DNA of 64,000 bases, taken from NCBI RefSeq assembly GCF_009914755.1, contig NC_060943.1. One strand, given 5' to 3'. Made by a program: the position numbers and the translations under genes. Below, piece after piece: positions 27,020 through 41,112 of the stretch; position 1 is the stretch's first letter, and each line of letters begins with the position of its first letter. This DNA comes from the human T2T-CHM13v2.0 reference genome, Homo sapiens. Below the pieces are notes generated by a model. The model did not search any database. It was not told the origin of the DNA and saw only the letters and a list, made by a program, of their open reading frames with translations.

Positions 27020-28509
27020 GCCAGGATGAAGTGGCTGTTCCTGGGGTGGAGACCCTTCTTTCTCTTGAGAATGTTCATTGCTGTTGACTCATTGTGGGTT
27101 TTGGAGATATTTTCTCTCTTTCTTTCGTTCTTTCAGACATTTTTTGCTTTCTCCCTCCCTCGATCCTAACCCCCCTCCATCCCCCCCTCACTCCCTCCCT
27201 CCCTCTTTCCATCCTTCCTCCCTCCCTTCCCTCTTTCCTTCCTTCCTGCCTTCTTCCCTTCCCCTTCCCCTCTTCCTTCTGTCCTTCCTTCCTGTGTGTA
27301 AAAGAAAAATTGGTGAATAGAAGAATAATTGAATAACTGCCTGAGTCACTTATACATTTCTCATCTCACTCTGGGGACACAGAAGACCGTGTTGTACTCA
27401 TCTCCTCGATTTTAAAAACAGTCATTCTAAAATCAAGGATTCTAGATGTATCACTTCTAGGCGAAATCTTGAAAGAAAATGTGTAAGAGTTTCATGTGCT
27501 CTTCATCTCTATGATCACAATTGAAGAAGGCAGGAGGTTGAGATGCTGCATCGCCAAGATCGTGGTGATTCCATTATCATTACCCTTGTAACTTGTGAGC
27601 ATCCTTACTGCCAGCAATCATTATTAGATATGGAATCTGATATAGGAGTTCATATTTACTGTATGAATATCTTGGTGTGGGAGTGTTGGCTCATGCCTGT
27701 AATCCCAGTGCTTTGGGAGGCAGAGGCAGGAGGCTCGCTTGAACCCAGGAGTTCGAGACAAGCCGGAAGAGCATGGCGAGACCCTCGTCTCTACAAAAAT
27801 GTAAAAATCAGCCAAGTGTGCTGGTAGGTGCCTGTAGTCTCAGCTCCTTAGGAGGCTGAAGTGTTAGGATCGCTTTCGCCCGGGATGTAATGGCTACAGG
27901 GAGTCGAGATCTTGCCACTGAACTTCAGCCTGGGCAACAGAGCAAGACTCTCTCTCAAAAATAAAATGCTTTTTCCTTTAGGCTTAAATTCTAACACTCA
28001 AACCTCCAAAGCGGAGGTATTAGGAGGTGGGGCCCTTGGGAGATGATGAGATTATGAAAGTGGAACCCTCGTAAATGGGATTAGTGCCCTTCTGAAAGTG
28101 ACGGAAGAGAGCTCGCCAGCACCTTCCATGTGGGGAGACAGGGAGGATATGACAGTCTCCAACCTGGAAGAGGGTCCTCACCAGACCCCGATCATGCTGG
28201 CACTCTCATCGTGGACTTCCGGCCTCCAGAACTCTGATCAACAAATGTGTGTTCTTAAAGAAAAAAAAAGTGTGGAAAGCAATGTTAATGTTCCCAATCA
28301 CTTTCAGTACATTCTTTCCTTAACTATGTCTTAATGCATAGTTGTGTTGGATGGCCTAGTTTGTAATGTTAGAATATGCATGTTAGTGAATTAATAAATA
28401 CAGCAGTAAAGAATAGAGTTGTGGTTGGGAATGGTGTCTCACGCCTGTAATCCCAGCACAATGGCATGCCGAGGCGGGTCAATCACCTGTAGTCGGGAGG
28501 TGGAGATCA

Positions 28510-28689
<180 letters not shown>

Positions 28690-29483
28690 CTAAATTCTAT
28701 ATCAAAAAATTAAAAAAAAAAAAAAAGAAGGCTGTTTGTTGACCATTTGAGTGGCCAGTCTTGGTGCTTCCTGGTGGGCGAGGAGAGCCCTACCCCATTC
28801 CTACCCATTCCAGTAGTCATGGCATAAGAGTGATTCTCACTTTCTGCTATAGCCTCCTTATCCATTGGCTGAAATGATTGTTTTTTAATGTGTCTTATAA
28901 ATGCGTCCATAGCAAAAAAAATTGAATTGACTTTTATAGGGACTCTTTCGGGGATTGTTACCCATCATTCCATAATTTGTTTGTACTCCTAGAAAAGGGA
29001 AGTATGCCGAGCACAGTGGATATTTCGTCTCAAATAATAAATAAATAACCAAATAGAAAAGAAAGAAAAGGAAGTAAAGGGAAATATACAAATATACAAG
29101 GTGTTAGGAGAGAGTTGCTAATCGTGATTCCCCCTTAATTGTCCAAACAGACCACTTCTGGGGATCTATTCGTAAAAGACTCGTTAGAAGTGCAGACTCA
29201 TGCATTTGAGAATCACTCAGGGAAATCTGAAGATGACCTGTGGTGGGGGTGTAAATGGATACTTAAATGTGTCTTGTGATTGTGTGAGAGTGTGACTGTG
29301 TGTTTGTGTGTGTGCTGTCATCTGTGGAGTGGGGGATCCTCTTTTGCCTTGAGAAAGCTCATCTCTGTCCACTTACTCTGGGCTCTACCATCTGTGCCTT
29401 GTATCCAGTAGAAATAAAACAGTTTGCGGCAGAAATGGAGTTTTATTTTATTTTACTTTACTTTTTATTAGGATTATTTGTAG

Positions 29484-29684
<201 letters not shown>

Positions 29685-31259
29685 TGATCCACCCGCCTCA
29701 GCCTCCCAAAGTGCTGGGATTACAGGTGGGAGCTACTGTGCCCGGCCAGAAATGGAGATTTTTGTTCTTCTTTTGATGAGACGGAACCTCGCACCGTGGC
29801 CCAGGCTGGAGTGCAGTGGAGTGACCTCGGCTCACTGCAAGCTCTGCCTCCTGGGGTCATGCCATTCTCCTGCCTCAGCCTCCCATAGAGCTGGGACTAC
29901 AGGCGCCCGACACCACGCCCAGCTAAGGTTTTTGCATTTATTTTTTTTTTTTGTAGGGACGGGCTTTCACCGTGTTAGCCAGGACGGTCTCGATCTCCTG
30001 CCCTCGTGATGCACCCGCCTGAGCCTCCCGAAGTGCTCGGATTACAGGCATGAGCCACCATGCACGGCCCAGAAATGGAGATTTTTGAGCAAACACATTA
30101 AAGAAAAGAAACGCAAATAGACGAAACTCATTTTAACATTTTTATTTAACCCAAGGAATACAGATATAATCAACACCAATACAATTGATGTCACAGTGAT
30201 GACTAAGATACATGCTACAATCCTTCATTCTCAGATGCAAAATCTAGTATGTGTTTTACAGCAAACGTCAGTTGGAAACTGAACGTCGATCACACATGCT
30301 TGATGTGCATGTCAATTTCATGAGAGTTACAATCTCAGGAGAAGTCTCACATAGCGTAAGAGTCCAAACATACCTTCAAGTGTTTCGACAAGTTCTTCAC
30401 TACTCATTCTTAGAACTGAATTTACCAACAACAATCCCAGCCTATTCATTGCTGAACTGCATCCCATTGAAAGAATGGGTCACAGTTCCTCTCTCTAGAC
30501 ACTGTGGAACGACATTGAAGGCCCTTCCATCTTTTGGCGATTGTGAGGACAGGTGCTAGAAGCCTCTGCCCTCAGCCTTGTCCACGTGAGTTCTAATTCC
30601 TTTAGAACAACTATCTCAGGGTGGGAAAGATGGTTCCAATGCTAAGTGCCTATTGCATTGATTATGAATCAATGAAACTCTTTCTCCCTGGGGGTTGTCC
30701 CAGTTGGATTCCAAGCAGCACTGTCAGAGTGTTCCAGCTTCTCCACATGCTCCGCAGCCCTTGGGATGGTGAGTGATTGTCACGGTGGCTTCTGGGAGAG
30801 CTTCTTGGTTGTTGTTGAAGGTGTATTTGACGTGCATTTCCCCAGGGGAGGGACAGTGAACGCTTTTTGAAGTGGTTCTTTACATCCCCTTTGAGGAAAT
30901 GTCTGCTCAAGTCTCTGGCTGGGTTTTGAACAGAATCATTTGTTTGTCCCATTGGAGTTTTGACAACTCTGTGTATTCTGAGTATGAGCAGTCCTTGCAC
31001 GTATATGAGATTTGCAAATATTTTGTGCCCCAATCTCAAGGTTGCTCTTTGATACAAATCAAGAGCATCTGAGGCAGAGCAAAGGTTCAGGTGAGAGGAC
31101 GGAGCATTTCTCCACCTCTCCAGCATGCGCAGCATCTCTCTCCTCCGAGATGCCGAGACATGTGTGCAGGGAGACACCATGAAAAAGCAGGTGTGCTTCA
31201 TTCTGAATAGAGCGTCTCTGATTCCCGTCTGGTGCCTGAGGGTCCATGGCCCATGAGCC

Positions 31260-33658
31260 TTAGAAGAGACGTCTTCGGGCCTTGCACGTTGGCCTCCATA
31301 GAAACTTGTGGCAAATTCTGGGCTCCGGACTGGGTGATGGAGGTAGAGGTCTGAGGGCAGAGGTGGGCAGGGGCTCCAGGCCGTGGAGATCCAAGTGGAA
31401 TTCTTCAGGCAGAGCCTGTCTCCAGGGACTAGGCTTGGGCATTTGGGATGAGCCCTGGGGGACGGCCGCTCTGTAGTCAGGTTTGAGGTAGAGGACACGC
31501 CAGGAAGAAGGGCTGACTCCATGCACAAGGTTTGCTGGGGGTCCCATCAGGGGCAGGAAGCCTTGGGGAGCCTCACCCTCTTCTACTGAAGGCGCCACAC
31601 ACACATTCTCTGCTCTCTGGGCTCTCACAGATCCATTTTCAATGTCAATCTCCCAGACAGTCTCTGTACTAGTGAGCAGGAGCCAGCGGGCATGGGCAGG
31701 GTACAAGAGATCCTTCAGGGACATCAAGAGTTGCTCAGGGACCACCAGGAGCTGCACATTGAGGAGGCTGAGTCGCAGGGCTCCCTGTGGGTCCAGCCCC
31801 AGGAACTCCTGCCCCAGGCGCAGGTGCAGGACCATTCCTGGTTCCAAGACCGCGATGATCATCTTCCTCTGGGGAAGCTGTGGGCCCTGGGGGAGAAAAG
31901 CCGTGGGTCAGTCATTGTCCTCTGAGGGTGGCTCAAACAGGGAGAGAGCAAGGCGGGGAGCTGCCAGTAACTTCCCCAGGCATAAATGAAACCCCGCAGG
32001 GACACCCAGAATTGGCACCTGTATTGACGCCCCTTGGGACGGTGATTTCCTGCAAGTCCCCTAGGGCCTGGAGCTCAGGCAGACCTGTCTCACCCACGCC
32101 CACCTAGGTGGTGTGACCTTACCTGGGGCAGCTCCAGGGGCAGCTGTGCAGGGTGGTGGGGAGCTGGCTGTACCGGAGCTGGTTCTGCACCTGTGGAGAG
32201 AGCAGAGTGTGCAGGTGAAAGCCCTTGTCATGCAGGATGCCCTTGAGGGTTCAAGGTGCCACCGTGAGAAAGACCAAATACAGAAGAAGCCAGGTACAGG
32301 ACACCCAGCCACGGAGCTGCAGGAGGAAGCTCCCGACACTCTGGACAGCACAGCTGCTCGCCTCATGACGTGACGGGACACTGGCTTGGTAGCAGGGGAC
32401 TCAGGATGAAAAAGAGAAGATGCCTCACCTGGATGAGGACCCAGCTCCTCCACTTTCTGGCGTTTTGGGGCATTTGATGGCGTGCCGCTGGAGCTGTAGG
32501 ACAGAGAGAGAGACACAGTCAGATTTCGGGCAGTTCCCTAACGTCCAATTCCCTGAATCCCCACAAATTCACTCCACTTCCCTGCCTTTCATTCAAGGCC
32601 ACAGACTCGTCATCCACTTCCTGTGAGACCTGCTCCCAATCTGTCCTAACTCCCAGCTGTTCTTGTTCTCACCCCATCTACCTGAGCTTCCCTGGGTGAA
32701 GAAAAGGCAGGGAAGGAGGGTCGGTGCCCACAGGGAGCAGTTTACCCTTTCAGGAGCTCATGCAGATGAGAGTTGGAAAACTCTCCTTGGGTGTGAGGAG
32801 CTGGAGAAAGATGTTGAGATCCCGGAGAGGTGGCACCTCTGTCTACACAGGTAACAAAGGAATGGGGTCTTAGGATTCGAATCACAGCAGGAGAAGAGGA
32901 AGGAATTTGTCGGGCATGACGGCATGCGCCTGTAATCCCAGCACTTTGGGAGGCCAAGGTCGGAGGATTGCTTGAGTCCAGGAGTTTGAGAGCAGCCTGG
33001 GCAACATGGTGAAAGCTAGTCTCCACTAAAAATACTAAACATTAGTGGGTCATGGTGGTGCATGCCTGTGGTCTCACCTACTCAGGAGGCTCAGGTGGGA
33101 GGATCACCTGCGACTCAGAGGTGGAGCCCGCAGTCAGCTAAAATCACGCCACTGCACTCCAGTGTGGACCATCGGAGTGAGACGCTGTCTCAATAAAATA
33201 AATCGGTAAATAAGACAAATAGAAAAATTAAAAATGAAAAAAGGAGGAAACTGTTTTATTTTTCCTAGTAGATCTTGAAACTCTCACATCATGTCCTACA
33301 ATCTCCCTTCTTGCAGAACACAGAACCCATTCCCTGTGGAGCTGGTTGGGTGGATTGAAAGTGGGGCTGCCCTGAGATATGTGTGTGGTTGCGATGTAGA
33401 AGCCTTCCCAGCACCCTGTGATGACTTACGGGCACCTCACTTCCCTCTGGCCCCAAATTCAAAACATCCAATCTCATGGCAGGTTCATGCACCCTTTTCC
33501 CTTCCCCTCTCTCCAACACACACCCACACATCCCACAGGCAGGTCACCCCGCAGGCGTCCCCAGCACATAGCAAAGCTCACCCGCTCTCTCCTGCGTGGT
33601 CGCTCTTGGATTCGGTGCAGGAATCACTGGGGCTTCTTGGGCGCCGGGAACCTTTCAT
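31260..33658 (-). CDS. PRR23D-like protein, copy 5; exons 33658-33582, 32493-32429, 32190-32123, 31886-31260
   Basis: Intact; translated segments identical to copy 1. Confidence 0.85.
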
Positions 33659-35964
33659 GGTGAAAATTTCCAGGGTTCTCCAAGTCAGCCACTGCCAGTG
33701 TTTGTCTGTCTCCTGCAAAGATTTCTTCTTGGCTCCCGAATCCTTTAGTTCCTTTGAGAGAGTGGTGTCAGCCCCAAAGCTGCTCCCGAAGGCTTGGGTT
33801 GTGTAGCGACGGGGCTGTGGCCAGCGGCAGGTGGATGAGGCTCTGACAACTGAGCTCTTGGGGGAATCTTGTACACTGTCAGCAGGGGGTGGAGCCAGGG
33901 GATTTGTCAGCAGGAACTGATGTGATTGGCTGTTCCTGGTATGACAACGGGAGGGGCCCTCATGGAGGATTGGGGCGTAACTCAATCCATAGATGACCGA
34001 TCAACAGAACCTGCCTAATCCCATCAAGAGCCAACCTGTTTCCTGTCCCCTCCCATCCTCTAGCTCTTGCCTAATAATGATAGACACTTTCTGTCATACC
34101 CAATTCATCCATCGCTGAAATAGTTTTTCATGTGTGCCTTTTATACTTTCATGCAATAAAAATATGTTAATTTTCACGGTGGCTATCCTGGGGAATGCTA
34201 TGTACATGAAATGAAGTGTCAAAGGAGCAGAAGCAGAAGGAAATTCACAAGCTTCTCTGAGCGTCTCTGCTTCAATTCCTGCCATGTTTCCTAAACATGT
34301 TGGCTTCTTTCTTCCTACCCAAGTAAGAAGGTGCTTCAGAAGATCAATCTTAGGGCATTTGACAAACGCTGCTGAGAATTTCAGGATGACACGAAGGAAC
34401 CTTTGATTGGATTTGTGGATGTGCCTCTGAAAGCGTGTGTGTGTGTGTGTGTGTGTGTTTGTGTGTGTGTGAAGCCAGGATGAAGTGGCTGTTCCTGGGG
34501 TGGAGACCCTTCTTTCTCTTGAGAATGTTCATTGCTGTTGACTCATTGTGGGTTTTGGAGATATTTTCTCTCTTTCTTTCGTTCTTTCAGACATTTTTTG
34601 CTTTCTCCCTCCCTCGATCCTAACCCCCCTCCTTCCCCCCCCTCACTCCCTCCCTCCCTCTTTCCATCCTTCCTCCCTCCCTTCCCTCTTTCCTTCCTTC
34701 CTGCCTTCTTCCCTTCCCCTTCCCCTCTTCCTTCCGTCCTTCCTTCCTGTGTGTAAAAGAAAAATTGGTGAATAGAAGAATAATTGAATAACTGCCTGAG
34801 TCACTTATACATTGCTCATCTCACTCTGGGGACACAGAAGACCGTGTTGTACTCATCTCCTCGATTTTAAAAACAGTCATTCTAAAATCAAGGATTCTAG
34901 ATGTATCACTTCTAGGCGAAATCTTGAAAGAGAATGTGTAAGAGTTTCATGTGCTCTTCATCTCTATGATCACAATTGAAGAAGGCAGGAGGTTGAGATG
35001 CTGCATCGCCAAGATCGTGGTGATTCCATTATCATTACCCTTGTAACTTGTGAGCATCCTTACTGCCAGCAATCATTATTAGATATGGCATCTGATATAG
35101 GAGTTCATATTTACTGTATGAATATCTTGGTGTGGGAGTGTTGGCTCATGCCTGTAATCCCAGTGCTTTGGGAGGCAGAGGCAGGAGGCTCGCTTGAACC
35201 CAGGAGTTCGAGACAAGCCGGAAGAGCATGGCGAGACCCTCGTCTCTACAAAAATGTAAAAATCAGCCAAGTGTGCTGGTAGGTGCCTGTAGTCTCAGCT
35301 CCTTAGGAGGCTGAAGTGTTAGGATCGCTTTCGCCCGGGATGTAATGGCTACAGGGAGTCGAGATCTTGCCACTGAACTTCAGCCTGGGCAACAGAGCAA
35401 GACTCTCTCTCAAAAATAAAATGCTTTTTCCTTTAGGCTTAAATTCTAACACTCAAACCTCCAAAGCGGAGGTATTAGGAGGTGGGGCCCTTGGGAGATG
35501 ATGAGATTATGAAAGTGGAACCCTCGTAAATGGGATTAGTGCCCTTCTGAAAGTGACGGAAGAGAGCTCGCCAGCACCTTCCATGTGGGGAGACAGGGAG
35601 GATATGACAGTCTCCAACCTGGAAGAGGGTCCTCACCAGACCCCGATCATGCTGGCACTCTCATCGTGGACTTCCGGCCTCCAGAACTCTGATCAACAAA
35701 TGTGTGTTCTTAAAGAAAAAAAAAGTGTGGAAAGCAATGTTAATGTTCCCAATCACTTTCAGTACATTCTTTCCTTAACTATGTCTTAATGCATAGTTGT
35801 GTTGGATGGCCTAGTTTGTAATGTTAGAATATGCATGTTAGTGAATTAATAAATACAGCAGTAAAGAATAGAGTTGTGGTTGGGAATGGTGTCTCACGCC
35901 TGTAATCCCAGCACAATGGCATGCCGAGGCGGGTCAATCACCTGTAGTCGGGAGGTGGAGATCA

Positions 35965-36144
<180 letters not shown>

Positions 36145-36936
36145 CTAAATTCTATATCAAAAAATTAAAAAAAAAAAAAGAAGGCTGTTTGTTGACCATT
36201 TGAGTGGCCAGTCTTGGTGCTTCCTGGTGGGCGAGGAGAGCCCTACCCCATTCCTACCCATTCCAGTAGTCATGGCATAAGAGTGATTCTCACTTTCTGC
36301 TATAGCCTCCTTATCCATTGGCTGAAATGATTGTTTTTTAATGTGTCTTATAAATGCGTCCATAGCAAAAAAAATTGAATTGACTTTTGTAGGGACTCTT
36401 TCGGGGATTGTTACCCATCATTCCATAATTTGTTTGTACTCCTAGAAAAGGGAAGTATGCCGAGCACAGTGGATATTTCGTCTCAAATAATAAATAAATA
36501 ACCAAATAGAAAAGAAAGAAAAGGAAGTAAAGGGAAATATACAAATATACAAGGTGTTAGGAGAGAGTTGCTAATCGTGATTCCCCCTTAATTGTCCAAA
36601 CAGACCACTTCTGGGGATCTATTCGTAAAAGACTCGTTAGAAGTGCAGACTCATGCATTTGAGAATCACTCAGGGAAATCTGAAGATGACCTGTGGTGGG
36701 GGTGTAAATGGATACTTAAATGTGTCTTGTGATTGTGTGAGAGTGTGACTGTGTGTTTGTGTGTGTGCTGTCATCTGTGGAGTGGGGGATCCTCTTTTGC
36801 CTTGAGAAAGCTCATCTCTGTCCACTTACTCTGGGCTCTACCATCTGTGCCTTGTATCCAGTAGAAATAAAACAGTTTGCGGCAGAAATGGAGTTTTATT
36901 TTATTTTACTTTACTTTTTATTAGGATTATTTGTAG

Positions 36937-37137
<201 letters not shown>

Positions 37138-38713
37138 TGATCCACCCGCCTCAGCCTCCCAAAGTGCTGGGATTACAGGTGGGAGCTACTGTGCCCGGCC
37201 AGAAATGGAGATTTTTGTTCTTCTTTTGATGAGACGGAACCTCGCACCGTGGCCCAGGCTGGAGTGCAGTGGAGTGACCTCGGCTCACTGCAAGCTCTGC
37301 CTCCTGGGGTCATGCCATTCTCCTGCCTCAGCCTCCCAAAGAGCTGGGACTACAGGCGCCCGACACCACGCCCAGCTAAGGTTTTTGCATTTATTTTTTT
37401 TTTTTTGTAGGGACGGGCTTTCACCGTGTTAGCCAGGACGGTCTCGATCTCCTGCCCTCGTGATGCACCCGCCTGAGCCTCCCGAAGTGCTCGGATTACA
37501 GGCATGAGCCACCATGCACGGCCCAGAAATGGAGATTTTTGAGCAAACACATTAAAGAAAAGAAACGCAAATAGACGAAACTCATTTTAACATTTTTATT
37601 TAACCCAAGGAATACAGATATAATCAACACCAATACAATTGATGTCACAGTGATGACTAAGATACATGCTACAATACTTCATTCTCAGATGCAAAATCTA
37701 GTATGTGTTTTACAGCAAACGTCAGTTGGAAACTGAACGTCGATCACACATGCTTGATGTGCATGTCAATTTCATGAGAGTTACAATCTCAGGAGAAGTC
37801 TCACATAGCGTAAGAGTCCAAACATACCTTCAAGTGTTTCGACAAGTTCTTCACTACTCATTCTTAGAACTGAATTTACCAACAACAATCCCAGCCTATT
37901 CATTGCTGAACTGCATCCCATTGAAAGAATGGGTCACAGTTCCTCTCTCTAGACACTGTGGAACGACATTGAAGGCCCTTCCATCTTTTGGCGATTGTGA
38001 GGACAGGTGCTAGAAGCCTCTGCCCTCAGCCTTGTCCACGTGAGTTCTAATTCCTTTAGAACAACTATCTCAGGGTGGGAAAGATGGTTCCAATGCTAAG
38101 TGCCTATTGCATTGATTATGAATCAATGAAACTCTTTCTCCCTGGGGGTTGTCCCAGTTGGATTCCAAGCAGCACTGTCAGAGTGTTCCAGCTTCTCCAC
38201 ATGCTCCGCAGCCCTTGGGATGGTGAGTGATTGTCACGGTGGCTTCTGGGAGAGCTTCTTGGTTGTTGTTGAAGGTGTATTTGACGTGCATTTCCCCAGG
38301 GGAGGGACAGTGAACGCTTTTTGAAGTGGTTCTTTACATCCCCTTTGAGGAAATGTCTGCTCAAGTCTCTGGCTGGGTTTTGAACAGAATCATTTGTTTG
38401 TCCCATTGGAGTTTTGACAACTCTGTGTATTCTGAGTATGAGCAGTCCTTGCACGTATATGAGATTTGCAAATATTTTGTGCCCCAATCTCAAGGTTGCT
38501 CTTTGATACAAATCAAGAGCATCTGAGGCAGAGCAAAGGTTCAGGTGAGAGGACGGAGCATTTCTCCACCTCTCCAGCATGCGCAGCATCTCTCTCCTCC
38601 GAGATGCCGAGACATGTGTGCAGGGAGACACCATGAAAAAGCAGGTGTGCTTCATTCTGAATAGAGCGTCTCTGATTCCCGTCTGGTGCCTGAGGGTCCA
38701 TGGCCCATGAGCC

Positions 38714-41112
38714 TTAGAAGAGACGTCTTCGGGCCTTGCACGTTGGCCTCCATAGAAACTTGTGGCAAATTCTGGGCTCCGGACTGGGTGATGGAGGTAG
38801 AGGTCTGAGGGCAGAGGTGGGCAGGGGCTCCAGGCCGTGGAGATCCAAGTGGAATTCTTCAGGCAGAGCCTGTCTCCAGGGACTAGGCTTGGGCATTTGG
38901 GATGAGCCCTGGGGGACGGCCGCTCTGTAGTCAGGTTTGAGGTAGAGGACACGCCAGGAAGAAGGGCTGACTCCATGCACAAGGTTTGCTGGGGGTCCCA
39001 TCAGGGGCAGGAAGCCTTGGGGAGCCTCACCCTCTTCTACTGAAGGCGCCACACACACATTCTCTGCTCTCTGGGCTCTCACAGATCCATTTTCAATGTC
39101 AATCTCCCAGACAGTCTCTGTACTAGTGAGCAGGAGCCAGCGGGCATGGGCAGGGTACAAGAGATCCTTCAGGGACATCAAGAGTTGCTCAGGGACCACC
39201 AGGAGCTGCACATTGAGGAGGCTGAGTCGCAGGGCTCCCTGTGGGTCCAGCCCCAGGAACTCCTGCCCCAGGCGCAGGTGCAGGACCATTCCTGGTTCCA
39301 AGACCGCGATGATCATCTTCCTCTGGGGAAGCTGTGGGCCCTGGGGGAGAAAAGCCGTGGGTCAGTCATTGTCCTCTGAGGGTGGCTCAAACAGGGAGAG
39401 AGCAAGGCGGGGAGCTGCCAGTAACTTCCCCAGGCATAAATGAAACCCCGCAGGGACACCCAGAATTGGCACCTGTATTGACGCCCCTTGGGACGGTGAT
39501 TTCCTGCAAGTCCCCTAGGGCCTGGAGCTCAGGCAGACCTGTCTCACCCACGCCCACCTAGGTGGTGTGACCTTACCTGGGGCAGCTCCAGGGGCAGCTG
39601 TGCAGGGTGGTGGGGAGCTGGCTGTACCGGAGCTGGTTCTGCACCTGTGGAGAGAGCAGAGTGTGCAGGTGAAAGCCCTTGTCATGCAGGATGCCCTTGA
39701 GGGTTCAAGGTGCCACCGTGAGAAAGACCAAATACAGAAGAAGCCAGGTACAGGACACCCAGCCACGGAGCTGCAGGAGGAAGCTCCCGACACTCTGGAC
39801 AGCACAGCTGCTCGCCTCATGACGTGACGGGACACTGGCTTGGTAGCAGGGGACTCAGGATGAAAAAGAGAAGATGCCTCACCTGGATGAGGACCCAGCT
39901 CCTCCACTTTCTGGCGTTTTGGGGCATTTGATGGCGTGCCGCTGGAGCTGTAGGACAGAGAGAGAGACACAGTCAGATTTCGGGCAGTTCCCTAACGTCC
40001 AATTCCCTGAATCCCCACAAATTCACTCCACTTCCCTGCCTTTCATTCAAGGCCACAGACTCGTCATCCACTTCCTGTGAGACCTGCTCCCAATCTGTCC
40101 TAACTCCCAGCTGTTCTTGTTCTCACCCCATCTACCTGAGCTTCCCTGGGTGAAGAAAAGGCAGGGAAGGAGGGTCGGTGCCCACAGGGAGCAGTTTACC
40201 CTTTCAGGAGCTCATGCAGATGAGAGTTGGAAAACTCTCCTTGGGTGTGAGGAGCTGGAGAAAGATGTTGAGATCCCGGAGAGGTGGCACCTCTGTCTAC
40301 ACAGGTAACAAAGGAATGGGGTCTTAGGATTCGAATCACAGCAGGAGAAGAGGAAGGAATTTGTCGGGCATGACGGCATGCGCCTGTAATCCCAGCACTT
40401 TGGGAGGCCAAGGTCGGAGGATTGCTTGAGTCCAGGAGTTTGAGAGCAGCCTGGGCAACATGGTGAAAGCTAGTCTCCACTAAAAATACTAAACATTAGT
40501 GGGTCATGGTGGTGCATGCCTGTGGTCTCACCTACTCAGGAGGCTCAGGTGGGAGGATCACCTGCGACTCAGAGGTGGAGCCCGCAGTCAGCTAAAATCA
40601 CGCCACTGCACTCCAGTGTGGACCATCGGAGTGAGACGCTGTCTCAATAAAATAAATCGGTAAATAAGACAAATAGAAAAATTAAAAATGAAAAAAGGAG
40701 GAAACTGTTTTATTTTTCCTAGTAGATCTTGAAACTCTCACATCATGTCCTACAATCTCCCTTCTTGCAGAACACAGAACCCATTCCCTGTGGAGCTGGT
40801 TGGGTGGATTGAAAGTGGGGCTGCCCTGAGATATGTGTGTGGTTGCGATGTAGAAGCCTTCCCAGCACCCTGTGATGACTTACGGGCACCTCACTTCCCT
40901 CTGGCCCCAAATTCAAAACATCCAATCTCATGGCAGGTTCATGCACCCTTTTCCCTTCCCCTCTCTCCAACACACACCCACACATCCCACAGGCAGGTCA
41001 CCCCGCAGGCGTCCCCAGCACATAGCAAAGCTCACCCGCTCTCTCCTGCGTGGTCGCTCTTGGATTCGGTGCAGGAATCACTGGGGCTTCTTGGGCGCCG
41101 GGAACCTTTCAT
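38714..41112 (-). CDS. PRR23D-like protein, copy 6; exons 41112-41036, 39947-39883, 39644-39577, 39340-38714
   Basis: Intact; translated segments identical to copy 1. Confidence 0.85.
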